Virus record (IMG/VR): IMGVR_UViG_3300042542_005279
Span: 1 to 64,000 of that record
Source of the DNA: a virus
Strand: one strand, 5' to 3'
Length of the DNA: 64,000 nt
Under the pieces are notes generated by a model. The model saw only the letters and a program-made list of their open reading frames with translations, was not told where the DNA came from and did no database searches. How positions within the stretch are numbered: the first letter of the stretch is position 1; each line of letters opens with the position of its first letter. This document shows, one piece after another, positions 58,901 through 64,000 of this stretch. Both the position numbers and the translations under genes were made by a program.

Positions 58901-59391
58901 TCTCCAAGTTCAAATAGCGCTCTTCCTCTAACGTCTTGTAACGTCATTGTAATTTTTGGTAAGAAGGAGGTATTAATGTTTAAGTTGATGTTTGTGATAC
59001 CCAACAGTGAGGTTTCTATCACTCCCTTATCTACGGTATCGGATGCTGGCTCATAAAATCTAAAATTTTTTTGGGGTTGAGCATTCGCCTCAGGTACACT
59101 TGGTCCTGTAAATAACTCAGTATATCTATTATTTAGATACTTTTGGTCACCTGGTTTTAAAAAATTAATTTTTGCAATTTCTACGGTCTTGATTTCACTT
59201 TGTTCAATACCCAAACTTAATTTTGTTCTTGGTATTAATGAACACTCCAAATTAGCATACATTACCAAATCTTCATGGTTTACCAATCTATCTTTCGCTT
59301 TACCATCTTGGTCTACAATTTTGTTTGGGTCAACAATTATGATGTTTTGGTAATCAAATTCAACAAAAATGTTTTCAGAATTATCTGCCAT
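52906..59391 (-). CDS. Giant baseplate hub-like protein (~2160 aa)
   Basis: LGITNINL...MTLQDVRGRALF...FYLTLKGYYG and CTIQMMGNAMIQP...GSYMILGVNHTITPGNFTTQFEGVR (hub / late-control-D-like); start at ATG 59391. Confidence 0.65.
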   Translation of the reverse strand: MADNSENIFVEFDYQNIIIVDPNKIVDQDGKAKDRLVNHEDLVMYANLECSLIPRTKLSLGIEQSEIKTVEIAKINFLKPGDQKYLNNRYTELFTGPSVPEANAQPQKNFRFYEPASDTVDKGVIETSLLGITNINLNINTSFLPKITMTLQDVRGRALFELGDKSPYAAFFNLPYPSFYLTLKGYYGKAVRYQLMLQNFNARFDNNSGNFEITLTFLTYKFNVLSDVSMGYLLATPYMYPTTVLQKQNSQNPNTTNVPAIPKNYTLGYQKIREVYNEYKSKGIIADDLPEITVTQLQKRLDTFIKDTLKNWGQVNMEPLTNVETYQKNLQKLKTEVLYVEDSWVKQNLDSKNPLVLKGKDAQKVYLLKPVLRLAQQKEQEARVKLITIFQTYNKLLDENPTLGLKGSYTIGNKKENSEVNNNVRVPTPPQKEPGNLPDWISFNVTPEEVDFEKSYSLTYNKNPQAPENAADFAKYSADTTLTISLSQPPKEEPKPDQPPFYDKFYAFENKKNFLDKITQMEKSVNIKKNEITKKLGDELNKIIKEGSQGKSGLGFTPTIRNVLAVLFANGEAFLRLMDDCHREAWNKRDSDVRKKAILGAKVSSDSSNELVYPWPQLIKENEKDGIKTYDVTYPGDPDVVQETEGYLFDEWPEIEFVEELLGGLMKRDPSDSQFQPNDKEINTVNRLSLNPIEFPISNGIYQNKEEVKFFYEFWERMGSVSNFSRINRGKSENYSIDEIVSQTEATNMLNALGTENVFLIKKLKEYLITPQTIIPILKTISNLGEGESYQKFIRGYYSTPYITSYTNTDFKVFDNTIFEKFSSAEQNQLKIEKLQDLDNYIKSNEASKTDFMDTFPLTNNGWIKDYMAEGKFFTNLVNKTDKIITYNDNINTVANFDVEDTTTSTKRPVTYFSYVQNGEINTFDFPPINSTTLSNFYTQRNSPDVGAKRTQLPTEGSVFYSSYSGGLVSEQTTSMLNTPYFINAIQKGVFNYKTNRIYPYKEAAYLFINSLPIATLKEKYKSLSNNNVENLDYIFASFKKFGGVHKLPYPFILKYGSLWHRYKTKVQTGNDFLDGIWTDFDYLGNYDPSSSAATKTYAFTGEGETSETRITLQTSDTVGNLTATNMNVGFYPKLINDFSFFLNGYEIFTSTVTATTGPYAGFSVGYSDEDIQNGINSGFSITRTSYNIAQQGSDKQNPNRTILLNSYSTFVRNNDDTSFFTLPSVGNNFNQSFNECFKNLSNNTASPEKIIEPTDNKSLFNGSVRTFWMSPNYGWFDSSQIQKPEYNQYLKKIYNDIESQDNFTLTKTSEYAYFDEITSGFKKEILDEMERIFLNFSLSRYDFQPIDFSQLPSSGVTDTVFITQNFHKMFTEMMRITIDKKGLSISELQKEQYKVIKPIIQSFMEYDILFKYGNPGEYDKQLFLSFTNSSTKKFGVDSVVDPIKPLPYSNYTPNALPNKNFTKPLSAVTAQYPNVWNSLLLNVGFSQAEGMKYTDTGSTIFDFFIDNNIEFSVENVETLAPLIKIYASQKANDSSYNKNKFYSDILNLVNKNNKFQDLVLISTFSKLQKNLQNVSFTPQSNLSSQLIGAQGKVDIWESLKSTNDRWIAGYDLKYKTIFEDLMLIDRASRDIGDKVLVDIFGLNNLLTTINATSNLLYYIQSVLQMNNFQVMALPAFVNFYNVQDPIKNAIPKVENSLEFANDMFGTHPNVDYRNSGPKMVCFYAGKPSEHPQINKPEYAYQDDGIYFQKLDRNTLIDNLVNKNDWGKSNRVVGFTVDMGLQNQNVFTNISVSQDNGKPTSETLQQLNDMANQAGNRKTSTQNVSLYNLYKTRSYGCTIQMMGNAMIQPMMYFNLRHVPMFAGSYMILGVNHTITPGNFTTQFEGVRQSIFSLPDVDSYIQGVLTNLVNTVFSQVKQPNSASEGNSTPSQNTAQEKQNQQDAAKNPQPSSADLCKTNPIFDKFQPITAPQNVTLSFKETIDLLTGYTSSMSAIDNRVKTKINYTMWCLMWINNRTSTGFEGYESNFVNLRLDLKVNKVEIQYGPRNSLLTESYFCGTLPSSDKEMAFATFGSPNDFIKFGIEYFKAKVDTKLLSKGEIKDIQGKINNLDKLSEEMDRLLFTSWPIEDNTTNYEKEIFPTQQCKDRIKNIKSAIQQAQILGL

Positions 59392-59704
59392 AGTAATAAA
59401 AATGAGTTTCAAGTGCGTTATTGTAATCCTGTAAAGACGATAGTAGAGGGAAAGGAACTGTTAAAATAGACCCGTCAGGTATAAGAAATTCATTACCTCC
59501 AAACTCAGGATTTGCCGCCATGATTAACCAACCAAAAAATGGGCTGTTATAATATTGTTGAGATACTTTATCTAACCTAGACATACCGACTTTATAGATA
59601 TATTTCTTATCTGTTGTTTTTATTGGTACTTTAATAAAAGGAACAACCGTTTGATTACCGTTAATCAAAAAACCATCGTATCTATTATAATATTGTAAAG
59701 CCAT
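59381..59704 (-). CDS. LysM-like baseplate wedge protein (gp53 / tail X-like)
   Basis: RLDKVSQQYYNSPFFGWLIMAANP...IPDGSILTVP. Confidence 0.8.
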   Translation of the reverse strand: MALQYYNRYDGFLINGNQTVVPFIKVPIKTTDKKYIYKVGMSRLDKVSQQYYNSPFFGWLIMAANPEFGGNEFLIPDGSILTVPFPLLSSLQDYNNALETHFYYYGR

Positions 59705-62700
59705 TTATAATATTTTTCCATTAAATTTAGCTCCTTGGGAAGGAACTGATTTATATAAATTAAGTAATTTTTCTTTAACTTCATCAGCATTAGGTACATT
59801 ACTTGTAAAATTAACCTTTCTGTCATTTGATAAACTGCTTAGTTTGAAATTACCATAGGTCTTAAATTTTCTAGGTAGATTACTTCCTCCGAAAAAATTT
59901 GTTGGTATTTTATCTAAATTATTTTTTGCCTGTCTATATCTATCATAAAAACTTTTACCGAATACCAAGTTGAAGGCGTCTCCAAAATCCAAACCTAAAA
60001 TATCATTTAAGAATTTTTTAGGTTTTTTCGGATTATCTACCTCAATACCACCAATCATATTATTTGGAAAAACAAAATCACTAAATTCTTGCAATTTGTT
60101 TTTATCAGTGAATGTTTGAGAAATAATCATGAAGAAATCAGATTCTACATCGGGGTCGGGTATATTATTGTCTGGTACTAGTAAGAAATTATTACTTGGG
60201 GTAATTATTTTGTTATCTCCTAAACTAACTATAAATTCATCTAAATCTACCGCTACTTTTTCTAAATCCGATTTTATATCAAACATAGAATTTCCAGACA
60301 GTTGGTATGGTAAAGCAGACCCATCGGTTTTTATTTGCCCATCATTTTCACCATAAACTAAATTCATCTTATCAATAAAATTTATAACTTTTTGTTGTTG
60401 TTCATAAAGAGGTAAAAGTTGTTGTGTAATTCCCGCAACAAAATTAGATTTTATTTTTTGATTTATAAAATCAATCATTTTTGATTTTAATTGTTTGATA
60501 ACAGGTTCCTTAAACCCTTTTTCTACAAATTTAGCAACCAAAACATTTGTTTCTTTATTTATTTGATTTATCACAAAATTAAATCTATCGTCAAATGTTT
60601 TATCTAAATTTTTTGGTTTGCCATAGATTTCTGTAGTACCTGTATTAGGAAATTCACCTTCTTTATATTCCCTTTCTTTATCAGTATATTGCCAAACATA
60701 GAAATTGTAATTTTTAGTTATCGCCTCACAAGTACTATTTACAGATTTAAAATAAACTTCTAACTCATCGAAAAATTCTTTCATGACTTTCCTATAACTT
60801 ATTTTACCCGTAAAAAACTCCCCATCATATGAAGTAGATAATATTTCTCCGATTGTAGAACCACCAGGATTTTGTATTTTATTTTGAGGTTGTGGTGGTG
60901 GTACTTCTTTATCCAATAATCCTTTTTCAACAATTGCGTCTAACTTACTAACATCTTCAGTTGCCACCGCTCTTTCATCGTATATTTCAGTATTTGCATA
61001 GTAATTGAAAGATAATGCGTTTTGTAAATCTTCTACAGGTCTTGCAAGACCACTTCCTCCAATAAAATCAAACGAAAGGGTGACATTTGCAATCATAGGT
61101 TGAATTCCTATACCTTCTCTATTCATATCTAATATTAGAGGTTCATAACTAAATTGGAGGTTTCTTGGTATTATTTTGGTATTATAAAAATCACCAATTC
61201 TTAAAACTAAAACTGGCGGTCGTCCAAATGCCGTATTTACCGCATCGTTATAAACAGGTCTTCCATCTGCACCAATAGTGGGTATAGTATCTCCCGGTCT
61301 CAAACACTGATTCAAAAATGTGATTCTTGAATTCAACCCTTCAGGTGTTGTGGAATGAAATGTTGGTTCAAAAAATTTAAGTTTTTGTTTTAAAGACCTA
61401 TAAAGAAAAGGGCTAGTCTCTTCAATTGCTTGAAAATAATTACACTCGCTCAATAATAATCTTAGTATTTTTTTACTGAGCCCTTGTTGTCTAATTGTTT
61501 CAAAAACGGGTTCACTAACCTGTGAACCTTTATTTGGTAAAATTTTAAGTTTGTTTGTTTCAGGTACATTACTAGGTGGTAGTGTAACTTCAACAGTTGT
61601 TTGTACCTCTATAGGGTCCTCAAGTGTCGTAGTAATATCTGAAATAAAAACACTTCTACATGACATAGAAGGTAATAAGTAAATTGAATTAGGTCCTGTA
61701 ATTGTATTACCATTTATAACTGGATTACTGGTACATGCTGCAACGGTTCTGAATGAAGAATTCCCTTTAGGTGACACCTCGGTTGCAGTTTCCCCTAATG
61801 CTTCGTCATTTATTGTTATTTTTGGTAAAAAATCCTTCAAAGAAATTTTAGTATCACCACTTGATATTTCATAAGTTTCTAAAAGTTTTTTTACTGATTT
61901 AATTCTTCTTAATGCCAATTTATTGTTATAATCTACGCTAGCACTTGCCGACGCACAACCTTTTATGTTGATTGTCATATTTTTTATTTGCTTTCTATTG
62001 AAGAAATCATATATCTTCAATATAAATCCATCGTTAGAATTTGTAATTTTTTCGTAATTGTTTATGATGATGTCATCAAAAAATTGACCGACACTATTTT
62101 TATCCGGCTCTATAGTTTTTTGAACGTATGTAGATTTTTTTGCAATATAAGCTTCGTAATATGATTGAAAACTAGATGGTTCTGTTTCTTTTGGGGTGTC
62201 ATTATCAAAATAAAAACCATACCCTAAAAACTCGTCTTTTGGAAATGCGGTTGGCGTTATAGTGTCTGTTTTCGTTTGTGTTACTACGTTTGGGCCAGGT
62301 TCTGATTCTGTTGGATTTGTTGCGATACTATTAGTAATGTTTATCGCTTCTGCGGGTGTTGCATTCGATAAAATTTCTTGAATATACTGTAAATCATTTA
62401 ATGAAACATTACTGAATCTTGTTGCAAAATCATATAAATCATATGTTTGACATCCCGCAAAAAACGATTCAATTACTTTATCAGCATTTGAATCCAATTC
62501 ATTTGTCAAAATTTTATCAACAATTAAATTTAATACGGACGGGTGGTCAACTACAATCTTCCAACTCAAAGTACCGTTTCTTGAAGTACTTCTATATGTG
62601 TACACAGGCTCAGGTCTTCCAAGAAAGGTAGTGTCTTGCCAATTCGCTGTTGAGTTATCATTGAATTTTAAGTCGTAAGGTGGAAACCACATTATTCTAC

Positions 62701-64000
62701 CCCCATTTGGTCCTCTTTCACATAATGGTAAATCTTGAACATTGAATCCTGGTTTTTTTGAATCTTTCCATGCCAAGTTTTCAATAGAAAACATATATTT
62801 TTTAACGTTTCCCTCTCCTAACCATGATGGTGTAGGTCCGTTTTCAACAACTTTTGTTGGATAAATGTTCAAATTATAAGTGTTATCCAAAACAGAGTAT
62901 GAAAATCTTCTACCGAAATTTGTAATGCCATCAGATTTTTGTAACCTATCATATGTTGCGTAAGGTGAATCTTTGGTAAAAATTCTACAGTATTCTGTTC
63001 CAACTTCGGCTTTACCATTTACATAAGTTACTTTTTGAACTTTAGAACCTTTTGTTATATTTCTATATCCATCATTGAATATTCTACTTACTTGGTTTAT
63101 CGCGTTTCCGACATGTTTAAATCTTGCCTCACCTTGTAATCTATCCGCAGCATCAATTAATCTTTGTGTATCATCTAAAATTGAACCCGGTTTGAAGTTA
63201 ATTGATGTAGAATAAAATGAACTATTTCCTGCTTTGTACTTTGGCGAAACCCAAATTAAATCACTTTCTATATTTCCTTGGTCAATAAGGGCACTTGACC
63301 TAAGACCAAAATTAATACGACTTTCATTTCCTTCGTAATCTTTACCCAACACATCAGGACCCAATACTATTGCTTGAGTATCTCTACCATAGTTATCAAT
63401 AGGTGTTTGATTAATTGGTGATGTAGCAAAACTTGGTTCAGATGTGATTGAACCAACATAATAAGCACCTGGTAGTTGTAATCCAAAATTATCTAATATG
63501 TTATTAACACCAGTGGTTAAAATATTTCCTAACAATCCTGATGCAGTACTATCACCATAAGCGGGTCTGAAAATGTTGTAAGAAAGGTTTGCGAACATCA
63601 AACCTTTTTGACCATCGTTTGTATTTTCTAAAAATATTTGTGAAGGAGTAATCGCCCTTGTTAAAGAACCATTAAATATACCACCGACAGTTGTACTTCT
63701 ACCGGCAACAAGATTAATTACTTCACCTAAAGTATCGGTTGTTCTTTTATTTAAACCGTCTAAAAAGTAATCACCTGGTATTGGTGATGCTGGTACATAT
63801 GTTCCTGCTAACTTACTTATGAACGTATCATTAACATCAGGAGTTGTGATTTTGAAACTTACTGAATTATCGTTTTGTAAAGATTGGTCTATGAAAAAGG
63901 CATCGGTTTCTAATAAAGATTTTTTCAGAACTTGAGCACCTATTTTTGCCAAATAAGAGTCATTACTTAAAGGTCCTTTATTACCAACAGGGTTTGGACT
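59705..64000 (-). CDS. Giant tail-tube-initiator-like protein with an inserted OmpA-like domain; 5' end outside the window
   Basis: Frame open to 64000 (SPNPVGNKGPLSNDSYLAK...); FLGRPEPVYTY...LSW and GRPPVLVLRIGDFY motifs; FYFDND...IKGCAS...YNNKLALRRIKSV. Confidence 0.65.
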   Translation of the reverse strand, partial: SPNPVGNKGPLSNDSYLAKIGAQVLKKSLLETDAFFIDQSLQNDNSVSFKITTPDVNDTFISKLAGTYVPASPIPGDYFLDGLNKRTTDTLGEVINLVAGRSTTVGGIFNGSLTRAITPSQIFLENTNDGQKGLMFANLSYNIFRPAYGDSTASGLLGNILTTGVNNILDNFGLQLPGAYYVGSITSEPSFATSPINQTPIDNYGRDTQAIVLGPDVLGKDYEGNESRINFGLRSSALIDQGNIESDLIWVSPKYKAGNSSFYSTSINFKPGSILDDTQRLIDAADRLQGEARFKHVGNAINQVSRIFNDGYRNITKGSKVQKVTYVNGKAEVGTEYCRIFTKDSPYATYDRLQKSDGITNFGRRFSYSVLDNTYNLNIYPTKVVENGPTPSWLGEGNVKKYMFSIENLAWKDSKKPGFNVQDLPLCERGPNGGRIMWFPPYDLKFNDNSTANWQDTTFLGRPEPVYTYRSTSRNGTLSWKIVVDHPSVLNLIVDKILTNELDSNADKVIESFFAGCQTYDLYDFATRFSNVSLNDLQYIQEILSNATPAEAINITNSIATNPTESEPGPNVVTQTKTDTITPTAFPKDEFLGYGFYFDNDTPKETEPSSFQSYYEAYIAKKSTYVQKTIEPDKNSVGQFFDDIIINNYEKITNSNDGFILKIYDFFNRKQIKNMTINIKGCASASASVDYNNKLALRRIKSVKKLLETYEISSGDTKISLKDFLPKITINDEALGETATEVSPKGNSSFRTVAACTSNPVINGNTITGPNSIYLLPSMSCRSVFISDITTTLEDPIEVQTTVEVTLPPSNVPETNKLKILPNKGSQVSEPVFETIRQQGLSKKILRLLLSECNYFQAIEETSPFLYRSLKQKLKFFEPTFHSTTPEGLNSRITFLNQCLRPGDTIPTIGADGRPVYNDAVNTAFGRPPVLVLRIGDFYNTKIIPRNLQFSYEPLILDMNREGIGIQPMIANVTLSFDFIGGSGLARPVEDLQNALSFNYYANTEIYDERAVATEDVSKLDAIVEKGLLDKEVPPPQPQNKIQNPGGSTIGEILSTSYDGEFFTGKISYRKVMKEFFDELEVYFKSVNSTCEAITKNYNFYVWQYTDKEREYKEGEFPNTGTTEIYGKPKNLDKTFDDRFNFVINQINKETNVLVAKFVEKGFKEPVIKQLKSKMIDFINQKIKSNFVAGITQQLLPLYEQQQKVINFIDKMNLVYGENDGQIKTDGSALPYQLSGNSMFDIKSDLEKVAVDLDEFIVSLGDNKIITPSNNFLLVPDNNIPDPDVESDFFMIISQTFTDKNKLQEFSDFVFPNNMIGGIEVDNPKKPKKFLNDILGLDFGDAFNLVFGKSFYDRYRQAKNNLDKIPTNFFGGSNLPRKFKTYGNFKLSSLSNDRKVNFTSNVPNADEVKEKLLNLYKSVPSQGAKFNGKIL

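Noticed and set aside
1-64000. Stop-codon reassignment (TAG or TGA), as in some large phages
   Set aside because: Code 11 gives near-complete coding density with intact multi-kb ORFs; no fragmentation by TAG or TGA
1-64000. Bacterial chromosome or eukaryotic giant virus origin (dnaJ, rpoD, eukaryote-like nrdAB)
   Set aside because: gp6/gp25/gp53-like baseplate genes, gp32-like SSB, a phage-type helicase and bacterial promoters and terminators indicate a tailed phage
1-64000. tRNA or other ncRNA genes
   Set aside because: Intergenic gaps are under about 100 nt and are accounted for by promoters and terminators; no cloverleaf seen, though tRNAscan/Infernal were not run

Overview
This is an AT-rich, gene-dense segment of a large (jumbo-type) myovirus genome, almost all on the - strand and read in standard code 11. 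The host is most likely Bacteroidota: the window has a Bacteroidota-type RpoD, Hc1, DUF6576, SprB-like repeats, TTTG-N20/21-TAnnTTTG-type promoters and almost no Shine-Dalgarno sequences. Left to right it holds: a truncated DnaJ, Hc1 and small hypotheticals; putative internal-head proteins; a lysis/envelope cassette; a sigma-70 factor; SbcC/SbcD, a PD-(D/E)XK nuclease, primase and RuvC; a ~25 kb baseplate/fibre block; nrdAB, helicase, 5'-3' exonuclease, RecA and SSB; and giant hub/tube-initiator proteins running off the right end. I found no tRNA, CRISPR array or intein. Main leads: (1) a mix-and-match set of Cys-rich, SprB-repeat, Pro/Thr-linked fibre proteins, one sharing a C-terminal domain with a baseplate wedge protein; (2) a dense (S/T)-G-x-(S/T) sequon-like motif in virion proteins; (3) a TATTTAT(A) upstream motif, the reverse complement of the T4 late promoter; (4) recurring helical tags and Glu-bounded modules suggesting protease-processed capsid cargo; (5) a terminator that contains the next gene's start codon. 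All family calls come from motif recognition by eye, not from database searches.
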